A DNA stretch of 63,547 nt, counting the filler, from Octopus bimaculoides (lineage: Eukaryota): assembly GCF_001194135.2 (NCBI RefSeq). It is 7 parts of 5 records of this genome, joined end to end, with 100 filler letters (N's around TTAATTAATTAA, not from the genome) between each part and the next. Parts side by side here need not be neighbours in the genome. Positions count along the whole stretch, not along the records: positions 1 to 15,032 come from NC_068982.1; 6 more parts are not named here. One strand, given 5' to 3'. Below are positions 1-12,919 of this stretch, in pieces. Position 1 is the stretch's first letter; each line of letters opens with the position of its first letter. Below the pieces are notes generated by a model, which was not told the DNA's origin, did not search any database, and was given only the letters and a program-made list of their open reading frames with translations. The position numbers and the translations under genes are program-made.

Positions 1-68
<68 letters not shown>

Positions 69-110
69 TGTGTCTGTGTGCGTGCGTGCGTGTTTGTGTG
101 TACATGCATA
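1..110. repeat. (TG)n microsatellite
   Basis: Direct reading. Confidence 0.95.
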
Positions 111-1019
111 TATGTATATGTACATACATAATACGTATATATAACACTTCTGAATCTGAACATTCATACGCTGTCTTCGATGGGAGACTCCACTATATAT
201 GCGTGTGCGTGTGCCAATACAAATAGATATTATATGACATATATTTACTAATATATGCATATATAGTTATGTATACCACCATCTATATATCATACTAAAT
301 GTACACACACCATTAAAAAGCATAAAGATGTGGAATTGTGGGAGATAAAATGTCTTCATAGATATATTGTATTAATAACCCAATACATATCGGAGCGAAG
401 TGAACATCATGAATGCAGTGACTCACAAGAACGATAAGCGCGTGTCCCCTTACTTGAGGCTTGCGGATGTTGTGCACTCGATTGTCTCCTGCTTCACCGA
501 TATTCAATCCTCGTTGTATAAAAATAAACAGCGAATAATAAATGTATTCGCTGATTTGGCGAAAACGTGCCGGACAGTAGAAAAAATGGGCATACACAAT
601 TGAAACAGAATTAAATTAAAATCGCCATCTTCATACCATACTAAATGTATACACATCATTAAGGAGCATGAGGCTCTAGAATTAACTAATTAATTAATAG
701 TAGGTTATTAAACTCCCATACGTTATAGATTGAGGTAAATCCAGCAGAAGAAGCTTGCATGTATATACACAATCAGCTTGGGCGATCCTTATGAGCCATC
801 AATATATAGAATAAAAATCAGAAAAGCAGAAAATTTGCAGATAGGCCATGATTTAATTATTTTCAACAGCTGTTTCAATAGGAATAAACATCATTAATTG
901 TATAGCTAAACAATTAATATACGTAATTGAAATTAAAATATATTTAAATTGAATTAATTCAAAGCACTGTTTATCCCGAATCATCTGTAACAGCCACATT
1001 CGTACTGGTCTAAACATTG

Positions 1020-1053
<34 letters not shown>

Positions 1054-1158
1054 TTAACAGAGACACACGCACTCGCATGCATGCACACACACACACACAC
1101 ACACACATCATCTTCATACACACACACACATATATATATATGTATATATATATATATA

Positions 1159-1211
<53 letters not shown>

Positions 1212-1313
1212 ATGCTTGCATGTATGTATGTATGTATGTATGTATGATTGTAAGTATGTATGTCAGAAAAACGAAAAGGCAGAAGACAAAAAGAGAGAAG
1301 AAATCTATAGACA

Positions 1314-1350
<37 letters not shown>

Positions 1351-1381
1351 NNNNNNNNNNNNNACATACACACACACACAG

Positions 1382-1431
<50 letters not shown>

Positions 1432-1436
1432 ACACT
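1020..1436. repeat. Compound (TG)/(CA)/(TA)/(TATG) microsatellite
   Basis: Direct reading; explains the CV/HT/YI ORFs. Confidence 0.95.
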
Positions 1437-1859
1437 CATTTCTAGATCGGAGAAATCCTTCAACGAGTGAATAGTTTTTTTTGTTATATAATTCAGAATT
1501 CTGAAAATGAAAGTCACCCAGGAAATAATGATGTACCAAATATTATCTCTTTTTACTCGGCAAAAAGTTAAGACAGAAAGACGTTATGCCCAAAATTTCT
1601 TTCCTTGGACAATAAACAGAATAAATATAATGAATGAAAAATGGTCTCAAACAGAAATATAAAGACTTTTCGCTTCATCGATTTGCTGATTGCTTCTTTC
1701 TTGCAAATTTTCTATACGTACCATAGAAATAGATTATTCATTTTAGCACGTATCTACGTACAATGCCCACAGTGTAAACAGCATTAAACTATGCTGAAGA
1801 AAGCAGAGAGATGCTATAATGAATGCATGTGAAACAACATATGTCTGTTGTTGTTTTTA

Positions 1860-1915
1860 CCGTTACTATTATCATTATTATTGTTATTATCATTACTACT
1901 ACTACTATTACTACA

Positions 1916-1998
<83 letters not shown>

Positions 1999-2010
1999 TA
2001 TTGTTGTTGC
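1860..2010. repeat. (ATT)n/(ATC)n microsatellite
   Basis: Direct reading. Confidence 0.95.
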
Positions 2011-2698
2011 TAGTTATATCGTGAAATATATACGTTTTTCTTGTGTGATTGCATCAAAACAAAAGAGCAGATATCTGTAAATACTCGACAATATTGACGC
2101 ATTAAATATACTACAATAAGAGTTTATATGAGTATGTTTGTGTGTGTGTTAGTATGTATGTATATTTACACATAATACATATATAATGTGTATATAATTA
2201 TACCAAATACATAATTATTGTTTCATTTTATGTAAAAACAACAGCACCAAAAACAATTAAATATGTGTGAGATGTATCTGTATTTGTATGTCTGTGTATA
2301 TACATTTGCAGATACCTTGTATGCGTGTTTTGTATTTATTTTTATGCACACACATATATGTACACAAACACATACACACACACACATGCACACATATATG
2401 TATGCGTATATATGTGTGTATGTGTGTGTATATACATTTATATATACCGCATGTCTACCCCACTCCATTTCTTAGGTTTAAAATATACTTAATGGGTTTA
2501 CTATGTGACTATATATTTATTAAATGTGTGATGAATAATGTCTAGGACTTGTACGTACATCTGTTTGTGTGTGTGCTTGTGTGTGTACGCGCGCACGCCA
2601 TTGTATAAAAATATATTATTCCGGTTAAAACCATCTAAAGTAATTGAAACTATATCTAATTTATACACTCCCATATACATCCAATTACACTCAGCCAG

Positions 2699-2745
<47 letters not shown>

Positions 2746-4689
2746 NNNNNNNNNNNNNNNNNNNNNNNNNNNNNNNNNNNNNNNNNNNNNNNNNNNNNNN
2801 NNNNNNNNNNNNNNNNNNNNNNNNNNNNNNNNNNNNNNNNNNNNNNNNNNNNNNNNNNNNNNNNNNNNNNNNNNNNNNNNNNNNNNNNNNNNNNNNNNNN
2901 NNNNNNNNNNNNNNNNNNNNNNNNNNNNNNNNNNNNNNNNNNNNNNNNNNNNNNNNNNNNNNNNNNNNNNNNNNNNNNNNNNNNNNNNNNNNNNNNNNNN
3001 NNNNNNNNNNNNNNNNNNNNNNNNNNNNNNNNNNNNNNNNNNNNNNNNNNNNNNNNNNNNNNNNNNNNNNNNNNNNNNNNNNNNNNNNNNNNNNNNNNNN
3101 NNNNNNNNNNNNNNNNNNNNNNNNNNNNNNNNNNNNNNNNNNNNNNNNNNNNNNNNNNNNNNNNNNNNNNNNNNNNNNNNNNNNNNNNNNNNNNNNNNNN
3201 NNNNNNNNNNNNNNNNNNNNNNNNNNNNNNNNNNNNNNNNNNNNNNNNNNNNNNNNNNNNNNNNNNNNNNNNNNNNNNNNNNNNNNNNNNNNNNNNNNNN
3301 NNNNNNNNNNNNNNNNNNNNNNNNNNNNNNNNNNNNNNNNNNNNNNNNNNNNNNNNNNNNNNNNNNNNNNNNNNNNNNNNNNNNNNNNNNNATATATATA
3401 TATAGGGGCAGGGTAGGGTGTGTTTGTGGTAAATTATGGTAAATGCATACATGTACATTTGAAGATGTGTGTGTATGTGTGTGTGTGCGCGTGTGTGTGT
3501 GCGCGTGTGTGTGTGCGCGTGTGTGTGTTTATATTTAAAGATATATAGATATATGTATATAAATACCTGTATGTGTTAGTGTGTGTGTGTGTATGCATAT
3601 ATATGAATGTATATATAAGCATACAAATTATATCCATATAAATTATATATATATATATACAGTTTAAATATATCTAAAATATACTTGAATATTTAATATA
3701 ATTTATCGTCTTTAATATATATATATATATATAAACACATATACATATTCACAGACGTACGCACACATCTATATATATATATATTTATATATGTTATCAA
3801 TTCGCAACTTTATAAGTGGTTGTTAATGTTGTTTATTCATCTTTATTACGTCACCACATACTCACATTTACGGGATTGTGTACATGCCTTTATATATGCT
3901 TATGTGTGTGCATGTGCGTGCGTGCTTATACTCTTGGAAGAAAAATTAGGGAAATGTAGATATCATACATGCACGTGCAATGTTGCAGTCATACACAGCT
4001 GAAAATCCAAATACATCTAACAAAATCCACATACAAGCACACACACGCACATTCCTTTCATATTAATCTTTCTTATTTAATTTAGAAAACACGGTAGAGT
4101 AGTTGCAGTAATAGAAGTGATGGTGGTGGTATTGTTGTTGAGGATGGAGATAAAGAAACAAATATATAATAACCTGAAAAAATAAGCATATATTATTATA
4201 TGAAGATTTCATAATCCGTAATGAAGTTAACAGTGAAACAAAAACTGGAAAAAAGTGAGAGATACATACTACAGAAAGTGTATCAGAGTAAAGAGGAAAA
4301 GGATTTAAAAAAAGACAAGTCTTCGAAGTCAAAAATGCTTGAAAAATGATCCTTGATAAATCTCAAACAATTCCTCCGTAGAAAAAGTGATAACGATTCT
4401 TTGAGTAAAATAAAAAGATCGACTCCAGAGACCAAAACGTTTCTATTCGGAACAATGTAAAAATTGAATAAAATATCATAGAAATCAGTGCTACGTGAAC
4501 ATATTCCTAGTGAGTAGCAAATGGATCGCCACAGACTAGATTGATCAGAACAATGAAAACAGAATCTGAACAGTCATCAGTGGGGATAACAACTCAAAAA
4601 GTAATCCAGAACATGCAATAAACAAATGAATAAATAACACTGGAAGGTGACAGTACATCTTCCTTTTATATTTTACTTGCTACAGTTAT

Positions 4690-5005
4690 TTGAACTGAGG
4701 CCCTACTCGGTCATCGCTCCAGTAACTTTTTAAAAAACGTTCAGTAATTGTGCTATCGGTATCTTAGGCCGAACCACTATTTTAGGGGATGTAAATAAGC
4801 CAGCACCGTTTGCCAAGCTAGTAGAACAAATACAAACACGAAGACACACGATGGGATTCCACACAGTTTCTGTCTACCAAATTCACTCGTAAGGTATTGG
4901 TTGACCCCACTCTATAGTAGAAGACCAAGGTGCCGTGCAATGGGACTGAACCTGAAATTACATGATTAAAAAGTGAGCTTCTTAATCACACAACCACGTC
5001 TGCAC
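4690..5005 (-). mobile_element. tRNA-derived SINE, family B (CORE-like centre), decayed
   Basis: Reverse complement shows a tRNA-like head and ggcaccttgg...tcttctactatag; homologous to the copies at 29872 and 59285. Confidence 0.7.
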
Positions 5006-5099
5006 CACACGATCCCAAACCTCTGGTAAAAATATTTAACAGGAACACATAATTACCTTTTCTTTTTTTCTCTCTCTCTTTTGGTGGATTTGTTTTTTG

Positions 5100-6105
5100 G
5101 CAAACGTCTACCAGTTTCCCATCATCTTTTGTTTGGTCATCATGCTGTGAGATGAGGAAGAATTCAGCGCCACCCGCTTCTCGTTGCTTTTGTTTTGATG
5201 CAAGTCACTTTTTCTCATAACTGCTACGACCAACATTGGCTAGAAAAAGAAAGCTTCTGGCTTTCCTAATTGGCTCTAGGAAATAAGACCAAAACGATTT
5301 TATGTTCTTCGACATCTACAAAGTTACGATCGGTGCGCCATGTTCTGCTATGCCGCCTTAGTAACAGCCTTCCCGGTTTGTTGCTGTTGTTCTTCCTCTT
5401 TCGAAATTTCTGGGTACAAAGATCTTAAATAACTTTTACTGCCGCATGTGTAGTAGTTGCGTCTTCTGCCCAGGATACTCAATCTTAAGGGATTCTCCTT
5501 ATCACTTACTACAGAGTGCAAATATGGAATTGCTTGTGGCCCTGAAGGATCAAAGGAGCTTATATGTACATGCTCATTGTCTCTGACTGCACATCACTGA
5601 AAGTTATGTTGTTACAGACCATCTGCTTATATTCCATCACTAAAGTGATCCCTAGTCAGAGATCGACCTCATTGCCGTTATTTTGATGGATACTCTTGAG
5701 CTATTGCTTTGCAAATTTTATGGGACCACTTTATGGGTAGGAGTGTCCCTTCCTATTTGGGCTTGTCTCTCGTACCATCCTCAGTGTTGAAAACAGCGCG
5801 TTCGGTAACAGAAGGTCTTTCTCTTCGGATATTTGGGAGAATTACTTCCAGTCGCTCCTTGAAAGCTACAAGGGAAATCCACAGATCTTTTTCTTGCCCT
5901 CCATGGATTGGCAATAGATTCGGGCAGAAAGATGCCTGTCTTATGAACACATTTCTTCCATGGATTTGTCTTCTAGTGGTATGGTTTATGTTTACGGTTC
6001 TTTTGTTTGAACGGATCCTTACAAGAGATGGTGTTTGGCTTGTATACAAGAAATTATTGTTCCATAGCAGCAAGAATCCAAAACACGTCCGACTAGGTCG
6101 ACAGT
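5100..6105 (-). mobile_element. Possible degraded non-LTR ORF1 (gag-like) fragment
   Basis: Minus translation includes GRRRNYYTCGSKSYLRSLYPE, resembling a decayed CX2CX4HX4C zinc knuckle; many stops. Confidence 0.3.
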
Positions 6106-6107
6106 CG

Positions 6108-6124
6108 AATAATAATAATAATAA

Positions 6125-6204
<80 letters not shown>

Positions 6205-6364
6205 GATGATGATGATGATTATTATGATGATTATGATGGTTATGATGAAGAAGAACAGATCAAGAAGATGAAAAATGATGATTAGGTGTAAATAATGTAG
6301 TATAGGGAAATGGTTGCATGTTTTGTTATGGAAGACTGTGACTACCATCATCATCATCATCGTC

Positions 6365-6399
<35 letters not shown>

Positions 6400-6419
6400 T
6401 ATTATTATTATTATTATTA

Positions 6420-6456
<37 letters not shown>
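6108..6456. repeat. (AAT)n, (ATG)n, (ATC)n and (ATT)n microsatellites
   Basis: Direct reading. Confidence 0.9.
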
Positions 6457-7010
6457 GTGAGAGAGCAGTGCATGCCATCAAAGTGACACTGGAGTAAAAT
6501 ATACGAAGCCCATTATACCCATCATGACTACCCGTCTGATAAGGATACACCAAGCACATGCATCACAACCATATGTGCGCGACATGGTAATCTCATATCA
6601 AGATAAACAGCGAATGACCTCGCAGGTGGGGCCCAGCTAGAATTTTCTTTAGGTTGAATAACCTATCCCGCTCAAAAGGTCCCTGAATAAGGTTTGTTTA
6701 AGGATGTTGAGCAAAACACCCATGTTTCCAAAGGTAAATTATTCAAACCCCAAAGAATTCCTCTCAACACATGGCTATGATGCTCCCCCACTACTTCTGC
6801 TCATGATCAGACATGCACATATCATCAGCCACCAAGGGACATGCTCAACTGGTTAAGGTCAAACAACTGACAAGCAAATCTGTGGTATTAAGCAGAATAT
6901 TTGCTGTAGTCAAGACAAAACAATGTACATAATAACACTTCCAATCAATTAAGATCAGAAGCCATGTGAGCCACTGCCTGGTACTGCATCCAGGCATCTT
7001 TACTGCATTT
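6457..7010. mobile_element. ~550-600 bp microsatellite-embedded interspersed repeat, copy 1
   Basis: Begins gagagagcagtgcatgccatcaaagtgacactgg after (ATT)n; homologous to five other copies in the window. Confidence 0.85.
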
Positions 7011-7920
7011 NNNNNNNNNNNNNNNNNNNNNNNNNNNNNNNNNNNNNNNNNNNNNNNNNNNNNNNNNNNNNNNNNNNNNNNNNNNNNNNNNNNNNNNNNN
7101 NNNNNNNNNNNNNNNNNNNNNNNNNNNNNNNNNNNNNNNNNNNNNNNNNNNNNNNNNNNNNNNNNNNNNNNNNNNNNNNNNNNNNNNNNNNNNNNNNNNN
7201 NNNNNNNNNNNNNNNNNNNNNNNNNNNNNNNNNNNNNNNNNNNNNNNNNNNNNNNNNNNNNNNNNNNNNNNNNNNNNNNNNNNNNNNNNNNNNNNNNNNN
7301 NNNNNNNNNNNNNNNNNNNNNNNNNNNNNNNNNNNNNNNNNNNNNNNNNNNNNNNNNNNNNNNNNNNNNNNNNNNNNNNNNNNNNNNNNNNNNNNNNNNN
7401 NNNNNNNNNNNNNNNNNNNNNNNNNNNNNNNNNNNNNNNNNNNNNNNNNNNNNNNNNNNNNNNNNNNNNNNNNNNNNNNNNNNNNNNNNNNNNNNNNNNN
7501 NNNNNNNNNNNNNNNNNNNNNNNNNNNNNNNNNNNNNNNNNNNNNNNNNNNNNNNNNNNNNNNNNNNNNNNNNNNNNNNNNNNNNNNNNNNNNNNNNNNN
7601 NNNNNNNNNNNNNNNNNNNNNNNNNNNNNNNNNNNNNNNNNNNNNNNNNNNNNNNNNNNNNNNNNNNNNNNNNNNNNNNNNNNNNNNNNNNNNNNNNNNN
7701 NNNNNNNNNNNNNNNNNNNNNNNNNNNNNNNNNNNNNNNNNNNNNNNNNNNNNNNNNNNNNNNNNNNNNNNNNNNNNNNNNNNNNNNNNNNNNNNNNNNN
7801 NNNNNNNNNNNNNNNNNNNNNNNNNNNNNNNNNNNNNNNNNNNNNNNNNNNNNNNNNNNNNNNNNNNNNNNNNNNNNNNNNNNNNNNNNNNNNNNNNNNN
7901 NNNNNNNNNNNNNNNNNNNN

Positions 7921-7954
<34 letters not shown>

Positions 7955-9749
7955 CTCCATCATGGTTTATTTCTTAGGCTCTTCACTATTATTAGGTGGA
8001 AGTGTGTGGTGAAAGGGAATAAAAAATAAAATACTTTATGAAATTTGAAAAAAGTGCCACATAATGCGATACAATTGTAATAAAACCTAATATCGATATA
8101 TATTTTTAAGTGAATTAAATATTGATATTTGTCATGGACACATGAACATAAAATGATTCAATAATTCGGTTTTTTGTTGTCTTTTTTTTTGTAATTGTTG
8201 AACTTGATGTAGAAAAGTTATAAATAACTTTTATGTTCACAGATGTGGGTTCGAGGCCCACGAGTAGCTTTCGACTTTTTCTCTCCAAAAGGTTTCTTAA
8301 ACTGTTATTATTGTTTATAACTTTCTACTTTGAGTTCAACTGTTAAAAAGTAAAATGAATTATTTCATGTTCATTAGAGGTTTCTAAATTTTTATGACAT
8401 CAACAAAAAATTTATCATATCGACCTCTGGAGAAGGGAAGGCTAAATTGATATCGACGGGATTCGAACAGCGAATGTAATAGGACGCAATTCGTAATTAC
8501 CACAATCCACTTTAGGCCCATAATTTAGCGTTGTTTTCATTTATCACCTTTCATTAAATTAAATGTTGATACCAAATGTGTTTGCCGTGGCGAATTTACA
8601 AAACCAGCACACACATCGATGTCTGGTTAAAAATTTTGTTTGGCAACTACATGATGTCTAGTTCGATCCTTGAGAGGAGTAACTTTGTCAAGTCTTCTAA
8701 CATAACCTCCGTTTGGCTAAAATAATACTGTGTGTGAAATAACATAATACACACATACATACGTAAACACATAATACATACATACATAAATACATGCATA
8801 CATGTGTGTGTGCGTGTGTGCCATGCTTGACTGTTAAATCCACAAGTTTTTTGTTTTCTGTTTATTTTCTCTTATTCCTTTCTGTTGAAGGTAGGCTCGA
8901 AACGTAAAAGACGTTTTCACTTTCCTGAGCGTCAAATTAATACACTTGCTTGTTGTTCATACACATGTCTTGGTCTTTTGTTTTTTCTGTTAATTTCTAG
9001 TATGCTTTTTTTCTACTATATATATATATATATTTCAATCAAATTTATATATATGTATATGAACCTATGTACTTATGGGAGTGACTAAATGTATTATTAG
9101 ATTAAAAATAATATTTGTACTATGAGCATATCATTTCTTATAAACTCGTCAGAATATCGAATTAGTATGAAGCAGGTATGAAAAGAATAGGTATGACGGT
9201 TAAAACAAATGCTAGTAGACAAGATCGAGAAATAAAAAACAATAATGTAAATTTCAATGTTCTTCGATTTACAAATATTAAGAATGATCAAAAGGATATG
9301 GAAAAGATAAGCAGTGAACTGAGAGTATGGAATATAATATAAATGGAATAATATAAACATTGATGTATATACATCAGCAGATACACACATATACATATGT
9401 ATAGGTATATACATATCTATGTATATGTATAGATATGTAAATATCTATATGTTTATACTGGTTACATGGGAATTTTCTATAAATACAATTCGCGTTTCTA
9501 TTTCTGAATGGCAGTTGAATAATGAGATGTATTAAGAGTGTACATCATCGTTTTGATTCTTGCTGTTCCTCGTGTACGTGATAATTTATTATCGATTTGG
9601 CATACATCAGCATCCATCAGTAAAATATTTGCTTGCTGAATTCTACAGACAAGTACTGCCGTTATTGCTATTGATCTAGGGGTGTCTTTGACTGAAGAGA
9701 CACAAATAGGTTGAAACACTAATGTTCTGAAACTCCCCTTACGTCAATG

Positions 9750-10680
9750 AATTGAGTGTGTTGGCAACGCACATAGTCTGAAAGGAACAGTTCTCCGAAT
9801 GTGAAATACAACAGTGATTAGCATATTACCTTTTCGAATCTGCGGGAACTTATTAAGAATGAATATGCACTTCGTCGTTTTGATTCACGCGGTTTCTCAC
9901 GCACAGGTTACTTTATTAGTTAAGTATTGGGATCTTATCAAGAAGAATTTAGTAGGCCTCCAAGATACTATGATTATGGGAATTGTTGTTCGTCTGGCTT
10001 GCTTTTGGCTCTGGAAATATTTTCACCATACTTGGTGAAAATATTTAGAATTTTCCTTTAACTAATAAATATATGCAAAACGTTTGTTTGGTTTTTTAAT
10101 GGTTTCTAAATGAATGTATATGTAAATATAATACAATCAATATTTAAAGGAGTTTTAAGTCCTACTCGGGGTAACCTTAGACTTGTAGTTAGAAGTATTC
10201 TAAGATTGATACACTATATTTTTATATATTTCTAGTTGTTTGTAGGCAAACAACTAGATTCTAAATGACAGTTGTTCGTATCAAGTCAGTTATAGTAGTT
10301 GGTAAATTGACAATTACCAATTTTGTTCTGTTACTTAAACTTAGGGATATTAGAATATGCAAAATTAGTCGAATGTTGAGGTAGTGAAATAAGATAGTTG
10401 AATAATATTATCTTTAATTATTTGCTGATATTTAAGATTTAAGTGAAAATGTTTTTAAGGAAAGAAAAAAATTGTTAACGTAATAGTGTAGCGAGTTCAC
10501 CATTAGTTTGGCCCAGTGTTCAAGTATCGATCTAATAGTGAAGTGGAATTGAACGGGACTTTCCTCGTCATATTTTTGTTAGAGCAAGAGGTCGATGCTA
10601 CAATGTTAAAGGTTTATTCTTAAGATTTCACTATATAATGGAATTTTTTCCATTAACCGCAGGTTCGGTATCCTAACAGA
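9750..10680 (-). mobile_element. Heavily decayed Penelope-like element fragment
   Basis: Broken minus-strand frames (e.g. QLSYFTTST and a Cys/Tyr-rich stretch) resemble the PLE RT-to-GIY-YIG region; weak. Confidence 0.3.
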
Positions 10681-11124
10681 GATGTTAGAACAGAAACGTG
10701 TGTGCGTATATATATGTGTGTGTCTGATCATACACACATTCACATACACACACACACACAGTGTGGATGTATGTGAGTGTGTGTGTATTCATACACACAC
10801 ACACATTTTCATCTGTATGTGAATACAAATTAGTTGTTATCATAGCTGTCTGATAAACAGCATCGCGAAACTCTAAGTAGCAGTTTGCGAAGTTCATTTT
10901 TGTTTTTTTGTTTTTTTGTTGTTTTTTTTTTGCTTTTTTTTTTACTATAACAAAACAGTCTTATACGCTTTCTTTTTTTTTGGTATTCGAGAACTATTTT
11001 TTCCACTTTCTTTTGCGTCTATATGCTTACTTGTATGAATACAAATATATGCGTCTATATATTTTAATGCATGAATTAATAGCTATACATCTGTTTATAT
11101 ACACAAATGTGAATTATTTATATA

Positions 11125-11310
11125 TGCAGGCATGACTCTGTAGTTAAGAAATCGCTTTTCAGCCACGTGGTTACAAAGTGATTTCCTTAATCAAAGAGCA
11201 AGTGCCTTCTACTATCAACTCAGAATGACCAATGTTTTCTGAGTGAAATTGAGAGACAGAAACTATGTGGAAGCCCGTCGTCTGTATACAAATATACATG
11301 TGTATGCGTA

Positions 11311-11359
<49 letters not shown>

Positions 11360-11585
11360 CTTTGTGCTTGCGTTTGTCATCCCACCTCCTCCACTTGATA
11401 ATCACTTTGGTTTGTTTACGTCCCCCTAACTTAGCGGTCCGGGAATATAGACCAATAGAATTCAAATAAGTACCAAACTTTAAAAAAATCATAATTACTA
11501 GAGTCGATTTGTTCGACTGAGACACTTCTATGTGGCACCCCAGCATGGCCTCAGTCCAATGATTGAAACAAGCAAAAGATAAAAA
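11125..11585 (+). mobile_element. SINE family B copy with internal (TG)n
   Basis: gtttacgtcccc...aacttagcgg...ccagcatggcc...gaaacaagcaaaag tail shared with other copies. Confidence 0.75.
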
Positions 11586-11945
11586 AAGATATGATGCCTT
11601 TTAGAATATTTGCACACAAAGCCTACAGGTGGATGGGTGTATATGGAACTGTGTGTATTTACACACAGTTCCATATACAGCCATCCACCTTCGCATCATA
11701 ACTATCCTACAGGCATAGCAATCAACACCGAAACTACAAGCTCAGACACCTTACCATATTAAATGGCCATATTCTGTATTGCAGTGTTCTATGCAGCAGT
11801 TGATAATGATCCCAGTTAATATCGATATGGAGTTTATTGATTGAGTATTGATTATTGTACTTTAAGATATAGCCCAGAGACTAACTCTTTCATAGATAAT
11901 CTAAAACTATGTTCATAGAGGAAAACTGAGAGAAAGTCTTTCTCC

Positions 11946-11986
<41 letters not shown>

Positions 11987-12229
11987 NNNNNNNNNNNNNN
12001 NNNNNNNNNNNNNNNNNNNNNNNNNNNNNNNNNNNNNNNNNNNNNNNNNNNNNNNNNNNNNNNNNNNNNNNNNNNNNNNNNNNNNNNNNNNNNNNNNNNN
12101 NNNNNNNNNNNNNNNNNNNNNNNNNNNNNNNNNNNNNNNNNNNNNNNNNNNNNNNNNNNNNNNNNNNNNNNNNNNNNNNNNNNTATACATACATATACAT
12201 GTACATTTATATATATATATATATATACA

Positions 12230-12278
<49 letters not shown>

Positions 12279-12379
12279 GATGACCTCTTCCTCGTTCTTG
12301 TGTATAGCCATCGCTCGAGGCATTTCAGAATCGGTCTCATGTGTAAGCTGCACGGGTGTGACTTTGCAGGCTGGCAAGT

Positions 12380-12900
12380 AACCTCCACTCTTTGGCACAG
12401 ATGTTAAATACATTATTGCCTCCAACAACGGGAGCTACTTGATCCTCATGCACTTTCATGTACTGTTTCAATCCTCAGATGCTAGGCAAATCTTGCTATG
12501 TTCATGGCATGATGTCATGGTGTGTATGGCGCAATCCAAGTCAACTCGCTGTACATGAATTCGCTTCTGACTTTTCAGTCCCACTCTGTTGAAGCAGACT
12601 CTCCTACATTAATCCATGTGTCAGCCCTACCTGGTCATCCACATTTCCTAAAAGTATCACCCCCGCACCCTTTCTAGCATCTCTCTTCAACTTATCGTGA
12701 TTTCTTTGTGCTATTTCGAAATTCTCCCTTCCATCATAAGTTACTTTTTTCTATCTTGTCTGGTCAGTTGCAGTTTCATCTCAGTCCTTTTCCGAGATGT
12801 TAGCTTTCTTCAAGGATGCTTTAAGGCAATCGTTGAAGCCCAGCTTCAGATTTATGAGGTAGACGCCATCCATTTCTCAGCTCTCTTTGATATTTAGATA
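12380..12900 (-). mobile_element. RTE-clade LINE 3' fragment, decayed
   Basis: Minus translation (...RQDRKKVTYDGRENFE...) resembles the RTE C-terminus. Confidence 0.4.
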
Positions 12901-12919
12901 ACTTTCGGCCAGTAGTGTC

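Noticed and set aside
273-683. ~60-bp diverged direct repeat at 273 and 623
   Set aside because: Low identity, AT-rich, and the similarity does not clearly extend.
1794-1836. CTGAAGA...GAAAC hammerhead-like spacing
   Set aside because: No convincing stem II closing onto GAAA and no NUH site with stem I.
2538-3458. Long ORFs through N runs (also 6845-8012, 16312-17832, 18141-18890)
   Set aside because: Open only because N codons are not stops.
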